Shown: positions 1-10,610 of the stretch, in pieces
Position numbering within the stretch: position 1 is the first letter of the stretch
Layout of the letters: every line of letters starts with the position of its first letter
Assembly (NCBI GenBank): GCA_031835245.2
Contig: JAVKOQ020000071.1
Coordinates: 186,001 to 208,399 of the forward strand
Direction of reading: 5' to 3'
DNA length: 22,399 nt
From: Balamuthia mandrillaris
Taxonomy: Eukaryota
Position numbers and translations under genes: made by a program
The notes under the pieces: model-generated
Database searches by the model: none
The model's input: the letters and a program-made list of their open reading frames with translations, nothing else
What the model was told of the DNA's origin: nothing

Positions 1-696
1 TACTCATAAGCAAAAGGTCGTTGAAGAGACACAAGTGCTTGAGTTCCTTTTTGTCTTTCTCATTTGCCTTCCGTGACAATTGCAGCGCTTCACCCTCACG
101 GACGAGGGAACGTGTGCTCGTCACCAAGTTCAACTTCTATTGACAGCATTCGAAAACCATGACATGAGATTGGTGCATTTCGTTTAGAGAAGGGTGCGGT
201 ATATCTGACCTCACTGCTATTTAATTTCTTTAACACTTGCATAACCTGAGCTACGTTCTCCACTTGTCGCGTACGCTCGTTTACGAGTTCTACAACTTCT
301 TTGATTTTAACTAACGCGTTAGAAAGGTCCTCATAGTCTTCATGTTCTTTGGGTGTGTATTTGAGTAATTCCTGCAACGGATAAACAGTTCAACCATTAT
401 TACTCTTTCTTGAATTTTTAACAGCAAGGACCAGGTACCTTGAGGAGGAGTGGATACTTGCAAATCCGCTGTAGCGGTGCTATTAGAAAACTATCTATAT
501 GGAGTAGCCGGCATTCTGGTCGTGTGAACGTTGAATCTAGAAAGCCGTTGAAGTCTGGATGTTTCTCGGTGTATTCCTTTAGCTTGTCCGCAATAATAGG
601 TTGATTGCTACAATATACTGCATAAAGCTTGAATAGAACTCCCTTTTTTTTATTCCAGTTTGTGAGTGTCATTACGAGTCTCAAGATAAAGACATG

Positions 697-745
<49 letters not shown>

Positions 746-1668
746 CATACTCGATCGCTGAATAGATCGCCAATCTTTCTGATAGCAATGTGCTCCTTCT
801 GCCGAGCCAGCAGTTCCTGGAGCAATGTTATAAATAAAAGCAGTGGTGTGATGTGGCATGATGAGTGAGGATAGTAATGTAGCAAGAAATGAGGATGGCT
901 TTCAGCAAACCTCGAGCAATCCTTTGTTTACATCTCGATGAATAGCTTCTATGTTGGAGAATATAACACCTATCTCTTGTCTAGAGAGCAACTGTCTCTC
1001 TTGTATGGGTTTGAGGTAGACCTACAGCAAGGTTATCATACTGATAACGACTGTCTAGAGTGACAAGGGGTCCTCACCTCTATCAAAATGTTTAAATCTT
1101 GTACATACTGCTTCTCCGTTTCAATCAGTTCAAATATAACGTCTTGTCGCTTTCTCTCATCGGCACTGAGGGTATGAAGCAGCGTTTCAGGGGCTATATC
1201 ACCAAAGGTAAGCATGGTTCCATCTTCCTTGTAATTGCGAAGGCCTGTTGTCACTAGTGCAGAGTATTTCCGCTCTGGCAGTTTCGTTTTGGCTTCTATA
1301 GAACTATCTTCCAAGTCCCCCGTTTGAAGTGGGGCAGGTAGTAGGCCTTCTTCCGTATGCCGCTGTTTGCTGTTGCTTTCGGGCGCAACAACTTCGACGC
1401 CTGAAGTAGAGGTTAACACCTCCGATTGTGCTTTCTGTTCCTCCTGCACCTGGTCTATCCCTGTCAATAAAACGCGGGAACCTACATCGAGAGAGTGAGC
1501 AAGGCCAAGGCTGCCATGACGCCCAAAATGAAGTGGTAATGAGAGAAAAGAACCTTTTTCCATCTTTGCAAAAAACCGAACAGAAGCGGATGGAGTAAGA
1601 GTCTTTTCATTATGTTGATTTACATCCTCGTCTTGTGGACTCCCCTCCGAAAGTCGAGCCTCACTCAT
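1..1668 (-). CDS. Dbl-family RhoGEF (DH domain followed by start of PH domain), spliced, 3' end outside window
   Basis: GT-AG exons 1668(ATG, uncertain)-1078, 1021-911, 816-751, 642-439, 371-210 and 136-<1 join in frame. They give DH motifs [63 protein letters not shown]..HEDY, then PH-start motifs RSLVREG and LCLFNDLLL. The frame stays open upstream to 1965, so the true start is uncertain. Confidence 0.92.
702..741. repeat. (AG)n microsatellite in RhoGEF intron
   Basis: About 20 AG units, lying inside intron 750-643. Confidence 0.95.
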
Positions 1669-1965
1669 ATTAACGTAAGGAAGGGGATCAATGAATAGCG
1701 TACATAAGCCTACCCTTCGTGGTTTGTGAGCTCTCTCCCCGCCGCAAAGTAGTTGTTGTTTGTTGTGTATGTTCACGTTGGCCGCCGAAGGTCCGGAGGG
1801 GAACTGTTTCTTTTGTTGCAAAAGGTCACTTTTCGCCTTTTTCCGATCGGGCAAAATAGGTGAAGGAGGAGGCGGAGGCGGCTTAGGGAGACACACGGAT
1901 GCCCTCCCCCCCTCAAAAGACCCAGACGAAGGGGCAACAGTTGGTGAAAGTTGTTGCGGCAAGCT

Positions 1966-3039
1966 TTATTCGTTGTTGGAGGTTGAAGAGGAAGCAGACG
2001 CAGAAGCGGTTTTTTGCCACATGGTGGCATGAGAGCAACCCCACTGAAACTTGCGTTGGTGCTCTCGTATTAGAAAAGGCATTTCCTTCTGCCAGAGCAA
2101 GGTGAAACCCTGCTCCTCCAGAATGCCGCGAAGGCTCTCGAAACTGTCTTGCCCTGTCCCCGCGTCCAAAGTTGAAGCGGCGGATGAAGAGGCGCGTCCA
2201 CCGAGCCACAGCTCCTTGGCTGTGTACTCCTCCAACCAGGAGTAGGGAGACACCAAGAAGAGGATGCCGTTGGGCCTGAGAAGCTTGTTCAAGGAGAAAA
2301 GGAAGCGCTGCGGTTGAGGCAGGCGACAAAGGAGGTTGGCCGCCAGCACACAATCGAAGGTACCCAGCTCCTCTGGGTGAAGGTCGCAGGCATCGCCCAC
2401 CCTGAACGAACAGCGCGAACGGTCAATGTCGGGAGGTAGGGTGGCCACCCGAGGTACCCTCACTTCTCCTGTCACGAGGCTGCTGTAGCTAAGCTCTCCC
2501 TCTTGCTGCAGAGTAGCGGCCGCTCGTACGAAGCTTTCCGAGAAGTCAACTCCCACCACTTCCTCAAAGTACCTTGCCAGCTGGAAGGTGGAACCTCCGA
2601 CAGCGCAACCCACATCCAAGGCCCGCCTCTTCTGCCCCGCTTCCTCCGCTCCCCCCTGCAGCAGGGCCTGTAGCTGTTTGGCCACTAGTCCACACTCCTC
2701 AGCGCAGCGTTGGGCAAAGGCCAAGGCCTCCACGGGTCCCTCCTCGTAGGGCAGAACCTCCTCCCTGCTTCCAAAGTGAAACAAGAGGTACTCGTTCAGC
2801 GCCTTTTCTGATTCATACACCGCGGAGGCTGACACGCTGCCACTGTCCGTGGTGCTCCTCACTCCCTTACGCTGCTGCGGCTGGTGCTGGTGCTTCTGTG
2901 ATGCTGCTGCGGCTGCTGTTTGTGGCGTGGGGTGTAGCCAGCGAGTAAGAGCAGCGCCTACTGCCACTCCTACAACCACACCAGCCACTGCTAACGCCAC
3001 CTGCTGCTTGCTGTTGTTGTTGGGATTGGTGTCCACCAT
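1966..3039 (-). CDS. Class I SAM-dependent methyltransferase, stand-alone OvoA C-terminal-like (putative mercaptohistidine/ovothiol N-methyltransferase), with N-terminal hydrophobic segment; intronless, 357 aa
   Basis: First ATG at 3039, TAA at 1968-1966. Motifs YESEKALNEYLLFHFG, RALDVGCAVG, GVDFS, GDAC, AANLLCRL, SPYSWLEEYT..WLGG and PFLIREHQRKFQW match my recollection of the OvoA methyltransferase domain. Hydrophobic stretch ALAVAGVVVGVAVGAAL near the N-terminus. Confidence 0.85.
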   Translation of the reverse strand: MVDTNPNNNSKQQVALAVAGVVVGVAVGAALTRWLHPTPQTAAAAASQKHQHQPQQRKGVRSTTDSGSVSASAVYESEKALNEYLLFHFGSREEVLPYEEGPVEALAFAQRCAEECGLVAKQLQALLQGGAEEAGQKRRALDVGCAVGGSTFQLARYFEEVVGVDFSESFVRAAATLQQEGELSYSSLVTGEVRVPRVATLPPDIDRSRCSFRVGDACDLHPEELGTFDCVLAANLLCRLPQPQRFLFSLNKLLRPNGILFLVSPYSWLEEYTAKELWLGGRASSSAASTLDAGTGQDSFESLRGILEEQGFTLLWQKEMPFLIREHQRKFQWGCSHATMWQKTASASASSSTSNNE

Positions 3040-3231
3040 TACTTCACTTCTCCTTCCTTCTTCTCGCTCAGAGCGTGGGTGGCTTTTGTTTGGATTTTTT
3101 TTCTGGCGCCGACAAAGAAAGTTTGGGAGAGATTTGGCTGCTTGCAAGAAGAAGAAGAAGAAGAAGAAGGACTCTATTTTTGCGCCTAGATAAGGGTAAG
3201 AAACAAAAAAAGCCTGCAGCTGGGGTTGTAG

Positions 3232-6200
3232 TCACCATCGCAGTGGCCGCTTCCCACCACTGGAAAAGGAGGAAGAGGTTGAACCTTGCTGACCCTGCTG
3301 GTCCCGATCGTGCTCCTGCAACATGGAGCTAGCAAGCATGGCAGAGGAAGAGGAAGGAGATAACGTGGCTGGGCGACCACCTCGCAATCTCGCAATGCGG
3401 AGGCACTTGGGGCACTGCTGACTGACACGCCAACATTTTTTGTGGTAGAGAGCATTGCAGGATTCGCATTTGTGCACCTGCGAGAACTGGAAGGCAAACA
3501 GCAGATCCTCTGCTTTGCATAGTTCGCAATAGAAGCCTTTGCCTTTGCAACACTGCGATAATTGTTATTGGCAAGGGTATTTGTCAGATACTCATCCATC
3601 ACAGACAACGACACTGAGAGAAAGCACGAACTTCGCAGGTTTTGGTGATATGTTTAGTATAGTCCCCCACTATCTGCTCCATGAATGGGAGTAAGACTCC
3701 CTTGTGAATGTCTACCAAATCTCTCAACGAATAAATATGTACACTGTGGCCCATTACGTTTAAGAAAATATATGGGGAGTTGGTTTAACGGAAGAAGAAG
3801 ACAACACACAAAAAAAGCAGTAATGCAAGACACACCTGTGTAAGTAATGTTCCCTCTCACCCAGCTTTTTGATCAAATTGACTTGATCTTTACAACTGCT
3901 AATATACTCTCCCATTATCTTCATACTCATTCTTAGTTCCTGCAAGTTAGAAGCACAAACAGTTATGAGTACGGCATAGAACAAAACGAGGGGAGAGAGT
4001 TGCCTTAAGATATCTAAGAGTGCTGATGGCATAGAGTTTTGGGTTAATAGTCAGCACGTTTAAGGCTGGCTTATTGTAGTGCTCGTCAATGAAGGCTTTT
4101 GCCTTAACGCAAACTTTATACCGTTTTAGGTCCCACTCTGCAAAGATGCGGGCAGGAATGACGCTCTTCTCATTGTGGTGGCACTTACCACAATAGAACT
4201 TTCCAGAGTAATGACAAAACCGGCCTCCTCCCCCAAAGAAACCTTTATATCATCCATCATGGTAAATAAAGGAGGTATTAAGGCGAGAGTTGCAAGATAA
4301 AGAATTGTGCAAAAGGAAAGGAAGTGCACCAGTTGACAAAGAAACATTACAGCCGGGACAGGATTCGTTAGTTATAGTAGGTGCTAGTGCAGTGCCAAGA
4401 GCCGCGGCAACTGGCTTGTGGTATACTATGAGCGAAAAGATGGAGGCACTGATTCGGTGTTGAGCTCCTTCTGCACGCTGAGGTCTTTGAGCGGATAAGG
4501 TCAGTCCCTTGTCTTTGCCTTTGCGTTCTCGAGGCTGCAAAGAAGCCAACCAAACTGGCGCAACAGGTTGATGGGTGATACTCCAAGGAGCGCCGATTGT
4601 GGTAGCAGCTCTTCGTGGTGAACTAGCCCTAGAAGTCCTTCTCGCCTTTTTCAGGCATCGCCATAAGTTAGTCGAGCATTGTGGCTGCTACAAGCGGCTT
4701 TTAGACAAAGAAGAAAGCAAACCTGAGGCGACTTTGGTTGAAGGTGATGATCGTAGTCCTGAATAATAACCATGGTTGATAAGTGATGAGCGTTATCGTA
4801 GAGTTCGCGTAAGGATTCTTCTGATAACAGAGTATCTCTTTCTTCTTGCCCTTCCTGGATTCCTTCTACTTGTGCTATGTGCTTCTCCTCTTCTGCTTCT
4901 TTGTAATCTTGTTTAGCAATTGGTGTTAGGGCTGGGAGGGATTGTAGTGTTGGTTGAGTGTTTATTTCTTTGCTGAGTAGTGTTGTTGCTTCTTCGAGGC
5001 ATTCTGCAACATGTGTTGCGGTTTGAGCTGATTCGGTAAGTTGCGTCACCACTTGGGTTGCTGTGTCCACTGGTGACTGTGTAATCAGTTGTATTTTGGG
5101 TGTATCTGAAACTGTTGGGTCTGCGTTGCTCTGCTTTTCGATAGTCTCCGGTTTATCAACCTGTGCTCTAGTTGGAGATATTTCTCGTGGGAGACCTGAT
5201 GGAATGGACTTTGCAACAGTGCCTGCATGTTCTGCTTCAAGGGCAGAGGCTGGGTTGTTGTCCTGGGGGTCCTTTTTTCGACTGGTTTCGGCATCTTCAC
5301 CCGAGCTCAAGTTCTCAAGCTGTGAAAGAAGAGTAGTAGAAGGGATAGTTGTCTGAGTGGCGGGAGGACTCAAGGAGGTTTTCTCCTCGTGTTTGCTTTC
5401 TTGGGAAATAGGTATGTGTGGAGGAGAAAGCTCCGCAAGTTCCAAGGCTGGTATATTTGCAGAAAGCGAAGGGCGTGGTGATGGGCTAGGGGAAGATTCA
5501 GGGCTTGTTGGGGAGTGAGCGTTTTCGATGCTGACTACCTTTCTCTTCACTGATGTTCTTCTTCTTTGGTCTAGAGAATGTGTCTCTGTTGGAGAAACAG
5601 AGCGGGGAAATGGCGTTGCTAGCGGAGTCCTTGGTGAAGGTATACAGGCAGCCAACGTTGTAGGCGTAGTTGGACAGTCGCTAAAAGTGATTGGGCTCGA
5701 GTGAAGAATAGGTGATGACGGAAGGCACCAAGCGTCTTCTTTGTCAAGGCTAGCATCATCCAATGGTAGGGCAAAACGAATGGATTGGAGGGGCTCCAAT
5801 AGGGAGAAAAGTCTTTCAGACTGGGATAGATTAATTTAAACAGTTAGCTGGGGAGCAAGAGGATCGAAACATACATAAATGGACACACCGCTGCAACAGT
5901 AGACGTTACCTGTTTTTCATTTCTAAGGAGTGCTGTAGGCTGATAATAGTTGGTAGTCAAACTCGAATCCCAAGAGAGCGACTGCAAATAGTCCCGTAAC
6001 GAACACTCGTTTAGGGCATGAATTATAAATGCTCTACCTTTGCCCCTTGACGACGTCACTTGTTCTAAGTTGCTGACTGTTTGGATCGTGTGCCCCGTGC
6101 CTGGAAGGCATTTCTCGAGATTTTTCAGGTAATCCCATGGAGCTATTGAACCGAATAATGCTTCACCTTTGTCATAATGTGAGTTAAAACAAGGAGAGTG

Positions 6201-8155
6201 CACATAAGAAGGAAAAGTGAGAGAAGATCACATACCCTTAAGACCGTCCATAAGTATTTTTTCTATAACAGCACACAGGGCGTGAGTAGAAGGATGATAT
6301 GGCTCGAGATCAAACTGTCCTGATTGGCTGTCTGCAAACGCGGCTTGTACACAATTTTGCAGTTCATTTAACAACCAATCATGTTGGCTGCATAAGACAG
6401 CTTCTTCTGTTGCTTCTCGGCTTTCTCCATCAGCAGGGTTGCCCTTTAAATCTGTTCCTTTCTCTGCTTCATCTTCCTCTTCCGTTTCTGAAGCTACCTG
6501 ATCCTCTCCTGCATGTTCTTCTCCTCGTTCTTGTTGTTCTGCTTCGTCTTCTTTATCACTCTTTTTGTTCTCCTTTTCAACTTGTTGAGCCAAGGCGTTG
6601 CCTAACTTCTCTGTTTGGTAAGAGGGACCAGCCTTGGCGCCATTATTTTCCTCCGTGTGTTTGCTTTGAACGCTTGCTAATTCTCTTTCAATTTCCAACA
6701 GTCGTTCTTTTCTTTTCCGTATTTCTTCACTTAGGTCATCGTCATCTTTCTCACTTGTGTTCGTGATAAAAGATGGAACGCTTTTGTTTTCATCCTGTTG
6801 CTTTTGTTCGTGGTTCTTTGAGTCCTGTTCGTCATGTTCTGTGGTGTGGATTTGTGGTTGCTGTTGTTCTCGTGCCGCTGGTGTCCTATGTATATCCTGT
6901 ATAATGGTTGCTTCTTCCCGCTCTTGCTCTTCTTTAAAAGAAGGCTGCGAGGATTCTTCTTTCCCATTGCTTGGATCGCCAACACTGTCTTCCGCTATTC
7001 TTGCGATTGGTGGTGCGGTAAGGATGGTGATTTCTGTTGAAGTAGGCTGTTCTGTAGGTGTGGGTGGATGAATTTTGTTTTGCTTAGGCGTCTTCCCTGT
7101 TTTCTTCACAACGATCACTGGTGGAGCAATAGTAACAGGAGGGGCCTTAGTTTGGATGGCTTCTTGCTTCCCTCTGTTACTAGCAGTTGTATCACCGTGT
7201 CCTTCTTCCTGCAACACCCGTGTTCTGAGAGAATGTTGAGCGATGGAACAATATACAATGGGTTAAACAAAACGTTCAAAATTAAACATACGGTAGTGGA
7301 GGTAACGTAATAAGGCTCCAAAAGTTTGGTAGTTCTAAGTCTTTGTCGTTCAGTTTGTAGGAAAAGCGCAATGGCACAAGCTGCTCTAACGCTTTCAAGA
7401 ACTCTTCTCCATATTCGCTTCTTAGAAAGGAGGCTTCCTGATAATGCTTACTGGTATTCACCAACTTCAGTTAGCTCCAGTTGGCAAAGAAGAATGGAAA
7501 AAAAAAGAAGAAAGAAGATAGAAGATAGAAGAAAGAAGAAAGAAAGCAAAAGAAGCAGAAGCAGAAGCAGGAGAACAAGAACAAGAAATGGAGTTGGAAG
7601 AAGGAGAAAGAGAATGAAGTGATAAAGAGATCAAAAAGAAGAAGAGAGAAGTACGTGGTAAGCGCAGTGTTCCAAAGGAGGGCACTAAGATACTCATGAA
7701 TGGAGCCTTCGTTAAGGGCCAAACGGAGAAACAATCTACCTTTGCCGAGGTCACTCCTGCCCAACTTTTTTGCCGTTTTGACAATGGTGCCAGTGCCTGG
7801 CAGCGAGCTTTCAAGGTGCTGCACGTAGCTCCAGAAGCAGCTCGTTCCAAAGAAGGCCGTGTTGTTTAGGCCATGGCTTAAGACCTGCTCCAAGAGGAAA
7901 CACAGGTGCTGCGCAAGATCATGGCGCTCACAAAAGGGGTTGAGCAGAGTGCCCAAGCTGTCGTCTTGTTCACCGCCCAGTTTAGTAGCGTGTTGGGCTA
8001 AGAGCTCCGCCACCACCACTTTCAGATGTTTGCACAGTTCTGTGTATGCACTTGTGTTCAGCAAGCGGCGTCCTTGCCAGGTCTACCAACTATCATAACA
8101 ACAACGACTGCAGACAGTGGTTGGTTCCTACCTTGCTTGTTGTCCATGCTAACAT
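3232..8155 (-). CDS. Protein with two RUN domains and a C-terminal Rubicon-homology (zf-RING_9) domain; PLEKHM1/Rubicon/DEF8-like
   Basis: About 11 exons: 8155-8132 (alternative in-frame ATG at 8362), 8082-7655, 7450-7292, 7224-6236, 6166-5910, 5820-4723, ~4645-4330, ~4242-4004, 3939-3836, ~3744-3632, 3552-3232. RUN motifs LEQVLSHGL..FW..GKGRLFLRLALNE and IEKILMDGL..PW..GKGRAFIIHALNE. RH motifs RFCHYSGKFYCGKCH, IPARIFAEWD, YSLRDL, KGFYCELC, HKKC..CPKC. Confidence 0.9.
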
Positions 8156-8413
8156 CAGCCATTTTTTTTCAAAAATGGGCACGTGAGTACGTTGCTGTCT
8201 CAAGTGGGGGGTGGAACCTTGCTTGCAAAGCAAGTAGGGGCAGTCGCAGCAACTTGAAGGGGCGGTAGGTGGGATGGGGAGCTTCTTCCTCGCCGCCCCT
8301 GCAAAGTCTCCGCTGCTCAAGAAGAGTCCTTCCTTTTTCCGCTGCCTTTCCTTCCTGCACATTTTGTGCTGCTTTAATGAGCAAAACCTGCAGGGCAGAA
8401 ACGGAGATCTCCG

Positions 8414-8590
8414 GAGCAGAGAAGCAGCAGAGAAGCAGCAGAGAAGCAGCAGAGAAGCAGCAGAGAAGCAGCAGAGAAGCAGAGAAGAGAGAGACGAGAG
8501 ACGAGAGACGAGAGACAAGAGAAGAGAGAGACGAGAGAAGCAGAGAAGAGAGAGACGAGAGACGAGAGAAGAGAGAGAGACGAGAGAAGA
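8414..8590. repeat. Composite purine-rich tandem repeat (AGCAGAGAAGC-like, then GAGAGAC-like units) between divergent genes
   Basis: An 11-nt unit repeated about 6 times, followed by imperfect GAGAGAC/GAGAGAA units. It lies between the RUN gene start and the ATG at 8635. Confidence 0.9.
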
Positions 8591-8634
8591 GGGTAGGAGA
8601 CCGCAGGAGGGGAGTGAGAGCAGCAACGGACAAC

Positions 8635-9739
8635 ATGCACCAACCACCGGCAGCAGCAGAGCAACAGCAACCACCACAACATGAGGAGGAAAGGGGCAGC
8701 GGGGGGGAGGGGGCACACAGCCTGGGCCGCCCTGTGGTTGGTGGTGGTGGCGATATGGGTTGGTTGGGTTGGTGCGGCTGCGGCGCGCTCTTTGGTGCCT
8801 CTGTGGGGGCGGTGGCCGCCGCACGCAACAGCGCCGCCCCACCACCCCAACCACCGCTTTTCTTTGCTCCCAAAACAAAACAACTTGGCCGCGCGCCCAT
8901 GCTGGCCATCTACGGGGCCGGCGGCGCCGCTCTTCTTGGCGGCTACTACGGTACCTTACCATCCCCCATTTGTTTGGTTGGAACATCGACATGTTGTCAT
9001 GTGGTGCTCCTTCTTCTTTCCTCGTGGTTGCTCTCTAATGGTGCTGTGGTGTTCCTCCACTGCTGTGATAGGCTTGCGGAAGTTCCTCCGTGTCAAGTCA
9101 CAGGAGGATAGCTCCGCTGTTAGTGCTGTTGCTGGTTTCAGCACGGGAAGCCTCTGGGCCTTGTTAAAAGGTTCTTCTCCTCCTCCTCCTCTCTTTTCTT
9201 CTCTTTCTGGTTTACTTCCTCCGCTTTAAGCGAGGGTGCTTGCTGCTGTGCAACATAATAACAGGTTCTCTCTGCGCGGGCTGGCAGGAGAGGCACAGAG
9301 AGGGCCACAAAGGGTGGCTGTCTACGGAGTGGCAGCAATGAGCCTGGCTCTGGGCATTGATCTTGCTGAAAAGCAAGTATTGAGGGCCTATCACTGGCAA
9401 CGCACACGTTACATTCAAAGATTGCTCCAAGAGGAGGAGGAGGAGATGGAGGAGGAGGAGGTTGAGCAGGAGGAGCAGCACCAACCACCAAGCGTTGCTT
9501 CCAAAAAGCGTAACAATGGTTTCTTCTCTGGCCTACTCCATCCTGAGATGGAGCGAGATGGCCAGCCGCAGCATTATTCAGCAGAGAGCAAGCGGAAACA
9601 TCTAGAGGCCCTCCTCATGAATGAACGGCTAGACGAACGATACCGCCAAGAGCTCCTTCTGAAGCGAGAATTAGTGAATGCACTGGACACCTCCTCTAAT
9701 GCTTCTTCTATCCCTCCTTCCTCTTCCACTCCGACATGA
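8635..9739 (+). CDS. Tim17/Tim22/Tim23-family-like membrane protein, 3 exons
   Basis: Exons 8635-8950, 9072-9170 and 9231-9739 join via two phase-1 GT-AG introns. Gly/Ala-rich hydrophobic segments (CGALFGASVGAV; YGAGGAALLGGYYG; EDSSAVSAVAGFSTGSLWA; YGVAAMSLALGI) resemble the family pattern R...D......AG..TG. The gene model is solid; the family call is moderate. Confidence 0.6.
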
Positions 9740-9845
9740 TATTTATTTTTGGTTTAGTGCTTTCTTTCGCTTTCTCTTCCACTCTCCCCTCTCGCTTGGC
9801 TATTGCCTGCATGTCTCCTCTTTGTTTGCTTTATGGAAAAAACTA

Positions 9846-10579
9846 TCAACAACATAAATAGTAATAGCAGTAATAAGAAGTAGCGGCAAGGCAGGCCACC
9901 AAGAAGGCTCCTCCCCAGACTCTCTTCCAGCTGCTCTTGGCCTTGTCAGCGGTGTGTAGCAGGGCTGGCATGTTGATATCCTCCTCCCATGCCTTTTCCA
10001 TGCCAGCGCTGTTAACAGTGATAGCGATGGTGATAGTGATGAACGTTAGAAATAGGGATAAGAGGGAGAGTATAAGTAACAAGCGGCGGCGAATTGGAAG
10101 CGTACCAATGGCCCATGCCAACTACTGCCACCACAACGTCGCCTGGACACTGCCGCAGAGCAGCAGCCATGTAGAGGTCACGCTCGTGGATGATGTGAGT
10201 CACCAGTGAGGGAAAATGTTGTCCTAGCTCTACAGCTAACTCCGTTATTATATCCGAGTTTTTAAGCCGTTCCACGTCCTCCTCTGTGATGTCTAATGAG
10301 CTGTCTTTCAGCAGCAAATACATCAGTTTCAGCTTCTCCCACTTGGATAACCCCCGCCAGGTTCGTTGTAACGTTATTTCGATGGGCCTATCCCCTAGTA
10401 CTATCCTTGCCCCTACTTTAGACCCTTCTTCTGCTGCCGCCTTGAACTCTGCTCCTGGTGTTACTTTTATCTTATCCATTACTTTTCTGAACACTTGAGG
10501 TTTTGTTTGTCCGCGGTCAGAAGCAAGGGAGAGGCGCATGAGGAGAGAGAGAAGCAGAGAAGCAGAGAAGCAGAGAAGC

Positions 10580-10610
<31 letters not shown>

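Noticed and set aside
8093..8992. Minus-strand ORFs of 299, 246 and 169 aa
   Set aside because: Mostly repeat translation and antisense of the Tim17-like exon 1. Only the 3' end of the 299-aa frame is used, as RUN gene exon 1.
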